NCBI GenBank assembly: GCA_951406725.2
Contig: OX597818.1
Location: 97,712,001-97,776,000 of the forward strand
Reading direction: 5' to 3'
From: Octopus vulgaris
Lineage: Eukaryota
DNA length: 64,000 nucleotides
Both the position numbers and the translations under genes were made by a program. The notes below the pieces were generated by a model. It was not told the origin of the DNA and did no database searches. It saw nothing but the letters and a program-made list of their open reading frames with translations. Positions 25,048-38,137 of this stretch are shown here, piece after piece; position 1 is the stretch's first letter; every line of letters begins with the position of its first letter.

Positions 25048-25342
25048 CATACATACATACATACATACATACATACATACATACATACATACATACATAC
25101 ACACATTGATACATACATACATACATACATACATACATACATACATACATACATACATACATACATACATGCATACATGCATGCATGCATACATACATAC
25201 ATACATACATAGATGTATGACGGATTTGCTGGCTGAAATTTCGAAATCACTATTATTCTTGTTAAAGAATAATTAATTAGAATTCTACCGAATGTACTGA
25301 GCAATCCTCCGGTTTAATGTAAAATTGTTTGTATTATAACAT

Positions 25343-25408
<66 letters not shown>

Positions 25409-25924
25409 GGACACAAAGGGAGAGACACATCCATACGTAACAAACGCATGTCCATAGTCACACAAACCCATACACATAGACACACTCAAACACGCATACA
25501 CAAGGAAGCAAAGGTACACACACAAATACACACACACACGCGCACACGTACAAGCACACAAACGTGCACACACAAACACATGCATATGCAGAATACACAC
25601 ATACAAACGTGCATACACACACACACACACACACATATATGCATATGCATACACACACACGCATACATGTATACATACATGCATACATGCATAAATATAC
25701 ATATGTGTATACACACGCACACTGACGCGCGCACACGCGTACAAAAAACAAACAAAAAAAAACAAACAGACAGACAGACAAACAAAAAGAACAGAGCTTC
25801 TATAACGGACAGAGTCAACAACTATTGAAAGGTTGCAAGAAGCAACGAAAATTATAAAGAAGAAAACGAGTGGAAATTGAACTGGCGTTTTAATTAATAA
25901 GGTATTAAAACAGAATGACTCCCC

Positions 25925-25969
<45 letters not shown>

Positions 25970-26071
25970 ATATATATATGTATATATATATCAATATATA
26001 TATGTATGTATATATGTATGTATATTTATATGTATATATATGTATATATATATATGTATATGTATATGTAT

Positions 26072-26103
<32 letters not shown>

Positions 26104-26295
26104 GTATATACACACACCTACTCACAAACACACACACAAACACGTATATGAATATGAAAAATAAATGGTGTATGCTTATAGATAGACAAGCAGGCAGACT
26201 GACAGACCCACAGCGAAATAGATAGATAAATAGATAGAGAGATAGATAAATAGATAAGAACACACATGCACACACGTTATATATACATGTATATA

Positions 26296-26408
<113 letters not shown>

Positions 26409-26552
26409 ATATACACACACACATATACATATATATACATACATACATATATATATATATATACATGGATTCATACATACATACATACATGCATACATAC
26501 ATACATCTATCTATCTATCTATCTATCTATATATATATATATACATACATAC

Positions 26553-26606
<54 letters not shown>

Positions 26607-26638
26607 ATATGCACACATGCACAGTCATGCATTTGTGT

Positions 26639-26692
<54 letters not shown>

Positions 26693-27033
26693 GTTAGCTG
26701 GGAAGTGATGCATTGGCTGAGACAGAGAGTAAGAGAGAGAGACCGATAGACAGGCAATTAAACCATAACGGCTCTCGCAAAACAGTGCTGAAGCCCTGGT
26801 CACTAATTCTTGGTTCATTGGTCCAGTGTATTCATTTAGACATAAGCTACTTAGCAGTAATAATCCTTGATTTTCGTTGGTCGGATTAAGGCTATTGTCT
26901 GCATGGTGCCAGGGACCGAGAGATAACCAAGACGATATTTATGATGAATTGCTGGGAATTCGACTGACTTGCATTTATCTTGAGATTAACTGCATCGATT
27001 GTTTATGCTGAAAACGTGTGTGCGTGTGTGTTC

Positions 27034-27132
<99 letters not shown>

Positions 27133-27249
27133 CTTAGCTCTCTCCTCTCCCCCTTCCCTTCCTCTCTCCTCTCTCTCACATTCTCCCTCCCTTTCCCTCC
27201 CCCTTTCACTTTATTTGTCTATCTGTATATATACATTCATATACATACA

Positions 27250-27325
<76 letters not shown>

Positions 27326-27377
27326 ATAAATATAAGAGAGTGACTATATTGCTCTATACATATACATATATATATGA

Positions 27378-27420
<43 letters not shown>

Positions 27421-27610
27421 ACCCTCGCTTTATGCGCCACTCAGTTTGCACGGTTCCTCTGTATTTAGTGTTTTATTTTTATTAGATAATTAGATACATA
27501 GAATTATCACTCCATGATATTACAAATCTGGTCTGTGTTTAATCATTAAAAAAATGAACACTTATAAAAAAAATTCTGTTTCACCTTTATATTTTACTTT
27601 CATTTTGCAA

Positions 27611-27700
27611 TCTCGTTTCCGATCGTCGGCGGCGGGCGGCTGCTTCCCGAGCTTCCGCCGCCGCCGCGCGCTTCGTTCTCTCGAAACGTAACGTCGGTGA
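27611..27700 (+). other. GC-rich probable 5' ETS remnant
   Basis: Sharp GC/CpG-rich island directly abutting the 18S 5' end. Confidence 0.65.
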
Positions 27701-27830
27701 TACCTGGTTGATCCTGCCAGTAGTCATATGCTTGTCTCAAAGCTTAAGCCATGCAAGTGTAAGTTCATGCCGTAAACGAATGGTGAAACCGCGAATGGCT
27801 CAGGAACCGGACCTAATCCTCGGGACCGTA
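27701..27830 (+). rRNA. 18S rRNA: 18S rRNA 5' fragment (orphan pseudogene)
   Basis: tacctggttgatcctgccagtagtcatatgcttgtctcaaag.ttaagccatgca...gtgaaaccgcgaatggctca; truncated after about 130 nt. Confidence 0.95.
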
Positions 27831-28216
27831 TTCTTCGATAGCATGTTAGACAACACGTGGAACTAATAAGTTTAAGTTAGAAATAATTTTTTTTATTATA
27901 TTTTGTTAAATATTTTCAGGATCGGATTATGAAGTTTCCGATGTCAAGAACGTAGATTTTCCTAGAAATTATAATTAATTCATTGAATGAACTTACTAAA
28001 TTGCAAAGCCGTTCAATAGAAACTGTGAAACATTTGAGCATAAAAGAAATAATTGAGTGAACAATTTAAAAAGAAAAGAAAGTGTAACTATGAAAACCAG
28101 AATAATGGGGGTGGGATTTTCAAGAATTTTAAAGCCCAATGTCATGCATACGTAGTAACACTATAGAAACAATAGGGGGAAAAAAAAAAGAAACTCTTAT
28201 CATACTGGATAAAAGA

Positions 28217-28410
28217 TGGCGGTGAGCTGGCAGGATTGTCCGCGCGTCGGACAATGTTTAACAGTATTTCGTTTGTCTTTACGTTTTGAACTCAAATTAC
28301 GTTGAGGTCGACTTTGCTTTTCTTTCTTTTGGTGTCAAGAACTGGGGATGATATAATCGACAAGCCCCTCTCTTGAAAATTGATGGCCTTGTGCCCAAGT
28401 TTGAAAGAAT
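28217..28410 (+). mobile_element. Diverged SINE family B variant
   Basis: ggcggtgagctggcagga...gaggtcgactttgcttt. Confidence 0.75.
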
Positions 28411-28451
28411 TATTTTAAATAGAAGATAAACCCAATATTTAGACAGTACCC

Positions 28452-28537
<86 letters not shown>

Positions 28538-28546
28538 CCTTAATTA

Positions 28547-28765
28547 CCTATTTGTTTATGACCCACAAGGGGCTAAACACAGAGAGGACAAACAAGGACA
28601 GACAAACAGATTAAGTCGATTATATCAACCCCAGTGCGTAACTGGTACTTATTTAATCGACCCCGAAAGGATGAAAGTCAGAGTTGACCTCGGCGGAATT
28701 TGAACTCCGAACGTAGCGGCCGACGAAATACCGCTAAGCATTTCGCCCGGCGTGCTAACGATTCT
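28547..28765 (-). mobile_element. SINE family B
   Basis: Reverse complement matches 5048-5280. Confidence 0.9.
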
Positions 28766-29206
28766 TAATTACCATGACTCACATGCCCGTTCTGATCCAC
28801 AACGGTAGCACCTCTTCAAGGTACCATCTATGGCTTAAATAATCTCTCAGGTGTAGAGCAGGTGCCTTTCATTTTTGGCAAAGCTGTGAGAAAGGCAGCT
28901 CTTCTAGGGGAAACATACTCCGGCATAAAACTTGCCCTCAAAATAGTATCACTCATCTTGCAATGCTTGTCAATGGAACCCACTTTTGCCCGAGAGAGTG
29001 GCAAAAGTGTTGTACAAGTTTTTGTAAATTAAATCCGGTGACGTACAACTGTTTCTCTCAGTATCAATTGAAACGGCTATCATCTGACAAAATGAAGTAA
29101 TCGTGTATGTATGTATGTACGTATGTATGTATGTATGTATGCATGTATGTATGTATGTATGTATGTATGTATGTATGTATGTATGTATGTATGTGTGTGT
29201 CTATGT

Positions 29207-29407
29207 CATTATTCAGTTTTTCAAGATTTCTTGCCAATAGAGAAAGAACCGGTTTCAAACCTAAATCCAAGGCTCCTTCATTGGAATTTCAAGATCAACA
29301 ACAGAGTATTTTTGTTTGTATGCGCGCGCGCGTGTGTATGTGTATGTATGTATGTTGTTATTTAGTTTTATTTCAAGATTTCTTGCCAATAGAGACAGAG
29401 TCGGTTG

Positions 29408-29408
<1 letters not shown>
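29207..29408 (-). mobile_element. Two R4/Dong-like 3' tails within (TATG)n
   Basis: tcaagatttcttgccaatagaga occurs twice; matches 4872-4987. Confidence 0.7.
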
Positions 29409-29438
<30 letters not shown>

Positions 29439-29763
29439 TTCGTTTTTGAATTTAATTGGATTGTGGTTTGCAAGATTCTTGTTGTGAAACAGATTTTGTT
29501 GTATTTCAGTTGGTCATTACGACAATAATAAACGCACTGGCTCTATTTCACTTATTCTGTTATAATTAGTCGATTGTTTCATTAATCATTCGGTTAATCA
29601 CTCAATCAGCTATATTTAACATACATGCACCATTATTCAATTTTTTTTATATCATTTGATCGGTCTGTCAGAAAATGTAACCTAAACTTCAAATCGCATC
29701 CGCCCCCACAGTCTTGCAAAAAGGAAAGTTGTTGGATACATGACTAAAGCTGCACCATGTTTC

Positions 29764-29798
<35 letters not shown>

Positions 29799-30170
29799 TC
29801 GATTCTTTCTTTATAGTTTGGTATCGAGTAGGGGGCTGTGCCTACGACCTTCGCTAAAAACCCTCCGTGACGGAAGAGAATTATCTGAATAGAAGATGGG
29901 ATGGCCACAGCTGGAATGGTTTTGGTCATTGGTTTTTCTTTCAATCAATCTTGAATTTGGGTGTTAAACAGCAACTACAACATTTAACATCATTGTCATT
30001 TTACGCTTCCATAGTCACGATCAAAATTAAACACTTCTGCCATTTTTAAGTCCCCTAAAGTACCACTATATTAGTATAAAATAGTGCATTAGTAGAATGT
30101 ACACAATACCACCATCACCATCACCACGACAAACTACCACCGCCACCGTCGCTGCTACCGTCATCATCAT

Positions 30171-30233
<63 letters not shown>

Positions 30234-30391
30234 CGCCATCAGTACCAATACTACTGCACTGAACACCATCTGAACTATGAGCTAAGTACTATGACCATTA
30301 TCTCCATTTTAATTATTGCGATTCTTTTTTTCCTTCCACTATTACTACCAAATCTCGACAGCCCATTACTACTACTACTACTACTACTACA

Positions 30392-30424
<33 letters not shown>

Positions 30425-30872
30425 GTATAATAATGACGGTAACTTCCGTTATTCAAACAACTGCCATAACCAACACCTTCATCATCTGCTTTCAGAGAAG
30501 TATGGCATCGACTAATCCCCTTTCAAAAAAAAAAAAAAAAAAAAAAAAAAATTGCTGGTCTTGTGCCTAAATCGGAAGAATCTATTTTCTGGCAGTAGTT
30601 GCAACTGAAAGTTAGTATCAGCTGGAAAAAAAAAATAAGAGACAGTTTCAGTGCTTTTTTTTGAAAAATCGTCAGTGATTCGGTTACAAGTTCCGTCATT
30701 CTACTTTCGAAGTTCAGATTTTTTCGATATTAGTAACATGATTATCAGACAGAACATCTGATTGACGGGTGAAATGCCGCTAAGCATTTTGCCCGGACTG
30801 CTAATGATTCTGCTTACTCGCCGCCTTAGAATATAGAAATATCCATTTTTATTAAGTGCTGGATACACATCT

Positions 30873-31135
30873 GTGAGGGCGAATAGTCTAGTGGTTAGTG
30901 TATTCCACCCACAATCGTAAGACCAAGGTTTCAATTCACGGACCGGGCTAAGCACGTTATTTCCCGTTGCCCCAGTCCAGTCAGCTGTAAATGTGCGCCA
31001 GCAATAGAGGGAAGTTCACCTTGTGATGGATCGACGTCCTGTCCAGGGTGGTGTGTTGTAATCTAAGTCACTTATACGCCATGGAAAACGGGTCAAGCTC
31101 CGGCCATATGATTTCTAGGGCTTATGACAGACCTA
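30873..31135 (+). mobile_element. Old tRNA-derived SINE with CORE-like body
   Basis: tagtctagtggttag head, ggtttcaattc B-box, gttgccccagtccagtcagctgtaaat body. Confidence 0.6.
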
Positions 31136-31204
31136 AGTCAAAGTCTTTAGGCACAAAGCCATTCAGATTTTAAATGATTGGTTTTAATGGGAAGTTGTGA
31201 TGTT

Positions 31205-32640
31205 TATAGTTTACCGATTCCTTTATTATTGCTTGCAGTTTCAACAAAGCAAAATATGCTTCAAATAAGAACTGAAACCAAGATGAAACCTTATATGCTT
31301 ATTTACCAGGGATACGAGGTGAAGATGTATCACCAGTTTATAATTCTTCCTTTTAAATTCTGAGACATTTCTCCTAGTAAAAATTCGTACCAAAAGGTAA
31401 ATAGCCAATATAATAGAATTTACATAGATACTCAACAATATATGGACCACTACTTAACTGTCATTAGTTTAAATCGCATCAGGATCATTTAAGGGAATTT
31501 ATTTATTTATTTATTTATTTATTTATTCGAGAAAGGTAGATACGCAACTGAAATATTCTGTTTTTAATACAATCCATTTACAAATTGTTTAATGATAAGA
31601 AAAGAGCATTTATAAGAAATAATATTCCGTGGAGGCCTTTTGTGAATTACATGTCTATTAGTCCAGATAGTTATTCTGGTATGGTTTTCCATGCTGTGTG
31701 GAACCGAACCATTGAAGTCGATAGAATAAACGAAAAACGATGAAACTATAATACACAATCCAGTCAGCAGTTCTGTTTCCAATACAGCTCTTAGGTACAA
31801 AACATTTAAAGAAATGATATCGAAACAATATGTCCAAGAAATCAGGGCCGCATTAGCAGCATAATAGGCTCCCGGACAAATCACTGCATTGGGCCGACAG
31901 TATTTATCGTATTTTCTGGAATACAAGTCAACATAGTGAGTAGTGTATCGTCTCTATCTTTCTAAGTCCTGCTGCATTTCACATGGAACTTTTAGTCTTC
32001 TAAAATTGTCTTCGTGCCAAGTCGACTTACCATTTTTTTGTTGTAAATTTTTGGTCTGAAAAAAAATCGACTTATATGCAAGAAAATAGGTATTCATTAA
32101 CAACAAACCACAGTCTGCATACTTGAGACCCCCGTGAAACCACCTGGTGTGTCCATGCCTTAAGATGGCACACTGCACAAAGAGTAAATGTTTTGTCAAA
32201 TGCATATATCTCAGGAGACCACAGCTATATAAAGGACCATACATCATTTTGGCACAAAGTCAGCAAGTTCGAAGGTGGGGGGTTACTCTTATTATATCGA
32301 CCTCAGTGCTCAATTAGCATTTATCTTATCGACCCCCGAAAGGATGAAAGGCGAAGTCGACCGTCACGAAATTTGAAACTAGAATGTAAAAACGGACGAA
32401 ATGGTGCAAAGTATTTTGCCCGGGGTATTGACGGTTCTGTCAGCTCACCTCCTTAAGGACCTTGTATCATATTAAAGAACTAAACCAGACATAGACAACC
32501 TTTCTCGAGAAGCAGGCCACTTGACACATAACTCATCATCAGACGAGCCGCACATTATAAACAAAATTCGAAGTAATTTTTCACTAGGTTTTTCGTTCAG
32601 AAAGTCCCGCGGGTTGCAGTTTTTTCCATGAGACTAAACT
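31205..32640 (-). pseudogene. Probable decayed class-B-like (adhesion/Methuselah-like) GPCR
   Basis: Manual multi-frame reading gives, in order: Cys-rich region (CAVCH), LLTGLCIIVSSFFV, WKTIP..ILFLINALF, TICKWIVLKTEYF, LSIYVNSIILAIYLLVRI, W.ISI.GFILV, SIFCFV. Many stops and frameshifts. Confidence 0.45.
32248..32454 (-). mobile_element. Old SINE family B variant with decayed 16-bp TSD
   Basis: aaggaccatacatcat (32232-32247) vs aaggaccttgtatcat (32455-32470). Confidence 0.8.
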
Positions 32641-32836
32641 AAATCATTAAAAATTTTATTTTTACTCATGATGACATTTTCGAAACATCACAACGATGAC
32701 GGCAATGTCACATTAACCACCGACCTCGCCACCATGACAGCTAACACCATCATGACCGCTTTCATCTCCGCAGTCACCCACGTTGACAATGACAATATAC
32801 AACTCCATCATTCCATATCACCCCATATAGGAACTT

Positions 32837-32867
<31 letters not shown>

Positions 32868-33135
32868 AATTGTCACGCATACTCAGACACACGCAAACAC
32901 CCACCCACGCATACACACATACATACACAGACATAGACACGTACATAAATACACATACACACACATATATATCAACCTCAAACATAGACACGCATACATA
33001 CAGACACATACACGCACATACAGACACACATACACGCATACATACACACACATACTCACACATATATTCACACGTGACATTATCCCTCAACGACCTAACA
33101 ATCCTATCTCCACTAATCCAGTCCCTTTATAGACT

Positions 33136-33233
33136 CACCACCACACCACCACCACCACCACCACCACCACCACCACCACCACCACCACCACCACCACCAC
33201 CACAACCACCACCACCACCACTAGCACCACCAT
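33136..33233. repeat. (CCA)n microsatellite
   Basis: Direct reading. Confidence 0.95.
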
Positions 33234-33641
33234 CACGGGTTCCATCTGAGTCTATTCTCGTCCCCCACAATCCATGCTCTCAGCAAGTAAACAGAGGCTG
33301 ACAGTCACGAAAACAGATGATTAAAAGCGTGCCAGTAATCCGCCCAACATCGGGCCCACCCCTTCACTATCTGTCTCTCACACTACTCCTCTACCTCTCC
33401 CTATTCGTGTCTGTAACACAATCCACGCTTATCCCGCACAATCAACTTTCTACATACCTTCTTTGTCTGTTCTCCCTCTGTTTTTTTTAATGATTTTCTT
33501 CTACAACACCACGGCCAACACCTTCAGCGCTTCTACAATCCCCACCGACATATCATAATTACCATTAACACCATACACACATGCACACATTGTGCATACT
33601 TTAAGGTGATACATACATACATACATACATACATACATACA

Positions 33642-33677
<36 letters not shown>

Positions 33678-33757
33678 TATAAATATATATATGTAGGTCC
33701 CGGGTTGATTCGGGGTTAACCACAGTAAGTAAGGTACTCAATACATAGCAGAGTAAA

Positions 33758-33886
33758 ATTAATTTATTATATAGAAGGAGCTTCTACAGGACTAGTACTG
33801 TTTCATTCAAGAGAAATCTTCAGGAGATTTCTCTTGAATGAAACAGTACTAGTCCTGTAGAAGCTCCTTCTATATAATAAATTAAT
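33758..33886. repeat. Perfect inverted repeat, 62-bp arms and 5-nt loop
   Basis: 33758-33819 is the exact reverse complement of 33825-33886. Confidence 0.95.
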
Positions 33887-33906
33887 ATAAATATATATAT
33901 ATATAT

Positions 33907-34076
33907 ATTCTACTTGTTTCAGTCATTTGGCTGCACCGCCTTTAGTCGAACAAATCGACCCCGAGATTTATTCTTTGTAAGCGTCTAGTACTTATTCTAT
34001 CGGTCTATTTTGCCGAACTGCTAAGTTACGGGGACGTAAAGACACCAACATCGGTTGTCAAGCGATGGTGGTGGGA

Positions 34077-34141
<65 letters not shown>

Positions 34142-34298
34142 GACGGTCTTCTTACAGTTTCCGTCTACAAAATCCACTGATATGGCTTTGGTCGGCCCGA
34201 GGCTATAGCAGAAGACACTTGCCCAAGGTGCCACGCAGTGGGACTGAACCCGGAAGCATGTGGTTGGGAAGCAAATTTCTTACCACACAGCCACGCCT
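33907..34298 (-). mobile_element. SINE family A
   Basis: Full body with internal (CA)n. Confidence 0.9.
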
Positions 34299-34423
34299 AT
34301 ATATTCACATGCATTCATACATATATACATACATACTCACATATATACACACACATACATACATACATACATACATACATACATACATACATACATACAT
34401 ACATACATACATACATACATACA

Positions 34424-34517
<94 letters not shown>

Positions 34518-34997
34518 ACATATATTGTATATATTATATATATATATATGTATGCATGTATGTATGAATGCATGTGAATATATATATATATTGAATGACA
34601 TACACAAGAAGAACAAATAAAGTTTCAATGAAATGAAGTTTTTTTCTGAGTAGAGAAAGTAAAAAAAAAGCGTAGTGTTACTAGTTATCGACTCTCAAAG
34701 AAAAGGGAATTTCAAAAAATCTAATATTAATTTTATAGAAGACTTAATTTTCAAACACAAGTTTGTGCTAATATGGGGGAAGAATTCTAATGTTTGTTAA
34801 CAACCAATATGATGGCTGTGAAGATACGTTTTGGTCGTATTAATATCTCATTAGTGAAATGTAGTCCTCTCAAGCCTGTTTCATAAGTGAATATAGATTT
34901 TTGACGACTTGTTATAGATAACATTGGTCAACAACAAAAACGCTGCCAAGACCAGAGTAGAAATTTCCAACTACTTTTAGGTTGCTGATAACGAATA

Positions 34998-35392
34998 TCT
35001 ATATATATAAAAGTGAAGTTGTGTGAGTGTCTGTCTCCTACGATTTAGATTCCTAACTACTCCCACATTTTGCGGTGCAGATTAACCAAAACCGGGTATC
35101 TTATAGTCGTGATTCATATCGAGCCCTTCTGGGTATTAGCGCGCGTCTACGATGAGTCTACGATTTTAAAAATAATTTACCATAATTATTTTTCCATTTT
35201 AAAGCATATTTTTAAATAAAGGGAAGTAACTCTCTAAAAATGTCTACGATGAGTCAACGATTTAAAAAAAATTTACCATAATTTTTTTTCCATTTTTAAT
35301 GCATTTTTTGCTATCTTTTGGCTATAACTCTCTAAAAATGCTTTATAGTTATTTCCCTTACAAACCCGAGCAACGCCGGACGATACTGCTAG
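34998..35392 (+). mobile_element. Non-autonomous Helitron nested in the Chapaev3 element
   Basis: A|TC 5' end, 3' hairpin cccgagcaacgccgg then CTAG|T, no TSD, internal tandem duplication. Confidence 0.85.
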
Positions 35393-35789
35393 TCATGGTT
35401 AAATTTGTTTGTTAGCTCCGCTTTTGAAGATACGCTTACTTATCACAACAGATTCCAACACGATTGTGGATGTGTGTTTTATTTACCACACTCATAGTCT
35501 CACTGCCATTCAGTATTGTTCCAGCAGTAATAGAAGGTGGTTGTGCTGTGCAGGTTTACATGTTGAGTTGTAAGGTAGGTGATTTTCCTCGTCAAACACT
35601 TTTTAAAACTTATAATAAATATTCATCGAGCAAGCTTTTCATATGCATGTGAGACATTTTATATTAATTTCATTTTCCTACTGAATAATATAAATAATTC
35701 TGCTAAGCTGTTATGCTCTGTATGATAGCGATAAATTTATGAATAAATTTTTGTTTATCTTCTAATTGTTTGTTGTTTTCTCCTTTCAG

Positions 35790-36960
35790 ATGCCTTGTGC
35801 TTGTGTGAATAAGGCAGACAACTTTTGCTACATTTGTGATAGAGTGACCTTTGGATCACAGAAGCGCCGTATAACTGTTATGGTTGGAAAGGCATATCAC
35901 CTATATTTGGGATGCAAGATTGGTAACCAGGGTAAGGATTTGGTTCCTCACATATGCTGCAACACTTGTGCTACAAGCCTTTGCCAATGGTTTAACAGGA
36001 AGACGAAAGGAATGCCTTTTGCTGTGCCAATGAGGTGGCGGGAGCCAACAGACCATATCCACAATTGTTATTTCTGCATGGTAACCCAAGTACAAAAGAG
36101 CTTGTCAAAGGAGTAAAGGAGTCTTTTGAATATCCAAACATTCCATCAGCTATTCGCCCATAGCTGTCACTATGCATAAGATATAATGAACGTCAATGGC
36201 AGCTCTGTGGTGACTTAAAGGTTGTTGCTCTTGTGATTGGCTTGCAGGGTGGATACACCAAGTACTGCTGCTTTCTGTGTGAATGGGACAGCTGTGCAAG
36301 AGGTTCCCACTGTATCAGGAGAGACTGGCCACCTCATCAATCATTGGAGCCTGGGGTGAAAAATGTTCAGCATCCACCTCTCACAGAACCAAACAAAATT
36401 TTGCTACCACCACTACACATAAAACGGGCTAATGAAAATCTTTGTAAAAACTATGGACACACTTGGTCAGAGAATCAAGTATTTAACATCAAAATTCCCC
36501 ATTCTGAGCGATGGTAATATAAAAGCGGGAGTTTTTATTGGTCCTCAGATTCGGAAGATTCTTAAAAATTGTGACTTTGAATCAACCCTTCATGAGGAGG
36601 AGGAAGCTGTCTCGTAAGCATTCAAGTTAGTAGCGAAGGGATTTCTCGGAAGCAGAAGGGAAAGAAACTATAAAGAATTGGTGGAAAACCTCATTAAGGC
36701 TTACAAGAACACGGAATGTAACATATCCCTTAAAATCTACTTTTTGGACTCACATTTAGATTTTTTTTCCAGAGAACTGTGGGACAGTTCGTGACGAACA
36801 TGGTGAAAGGTTTCACCAAGATATTTCAACCATGGAAAAGCGGTACCACGGTAAACGGAGCACAACAATGCTTGCAGACTATTGCTGGACATTGGCAAGA
36901 GATGATTCTTCAGCCCACTATAAGCGTGAAGTAAAAAGGAAGAAAGTTGCTATGGACTAG
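35790..36960 (+). pseudogene. Chapaev3 transposase with stops, frameshifts and an internal deletion
   Basis: CVNKADNFCYICD, PHICCNTC, MPFAVPMRWREP..CYFC, CGDLKVV, GGYTKYCCFLCEWDS, LLPPLHIK, GVFIGPQIR, FLDSHLDFF, DEHGERFHQDI, MLADYCW. Confidence 0.85.
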
Positions 36961-37212
36961 AGTTTAAAACATGTAATGACACATACTGTACGTTCTAAAA
37001 AAATAATTGAATATTACATGCCGCTTATCTTTTTAATCTATAGCCAATAAGCAGTTTTCAAGGTGATATTTGGATTCAGTGCATAAAAATGCTTAAGAAT
37101 AAACTAATATCATTTAAGAAGCAGACAACTTTTCAAAAATTGTTGACCAGTGTAATTGAGACACTAGTAATTGACAAATATATATATATATATATATATA
37201 CATACACAAATC

Positions 37213-37330
<118 letters not shown>

Positions 37331-37404
37331 GCTAAGTTATATGGGCAAAAACAAACCAGCACCGGTCGGTAAGCGAGTGCGACAATAATACATCCAGCCA
37401 TCCT

Positions 37405-37443
<39 letters not shown>

Positions 37444-37576
37444 TGTAGAAGACATCTGCCCAAGGAGGACCCGGAACCGTATAGTTCCAATGCGAACTTC
37501 TTGACCTGCGCCTATGCGTGTGCGTGTGCGTGTGTGTATGTATGTATGTATGTATGTATGTATGTATGTATGTATG

Positions 37577-37615
<39 letters not shown>

Positions 37616-37866
37616 GTGTGTGTGTGTATGTATGTATGTATGTATGTATGTATGTATGTATGTATGTATGTATGTATGTCCGTACGCGAACGGGAAACTC
37701 CGAAGAGTGACTCATGTACCATCAGCTTTGCTTATAACCTACGCCATTCTACATTGACAATAGCATTTAATTTTTTATTCTTACACCATTGCAATTAATA
37801 CAAAATGTGAACCGAGAATCAACTTCATTATTTTTATATATTCATACGCAATATAGATCTATACGT

Positions 37867-38137
37867 GGAGGCGCAATGGCCCAGTGGTTAGGGCAGCGGA
37901 CTCGCGGTTTCTATTCCCAGACCGGGCGTTGTGAGTGTTTTTTTGAGCGAAAATACCTAATAGCTCCACGAGGCCCCGGCTGGGGGTGGTGATCCCTGCT
38001 GTACTCCTTCACCATTCTTTCTCTCACTCTTTCTTCTGTTGGCCTGCTCGCTTAGCCACCGGGGTGGCGTCATTCGAAGGCTAAAACAATGCGAACGCAT
38101 TGTGTAGCAACATCTGATGGTCTGGTCGGTCACGTGA
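37867..38137 (+). mobile_element. SINE family C (tail type 2)
   Basis: Matches 46500 and 51204. Confidence 0.9.

Larger units (their letters stand above)
34922..37152 (+). mobile_element. Chapaev3-type (CMC) DNA transposon fossil
   Basis: TIRs cattggtcaacaa / ttgttgaccagtg (12/13), TAA on both sides, transposase remnants inside. Confidence 0.85.
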
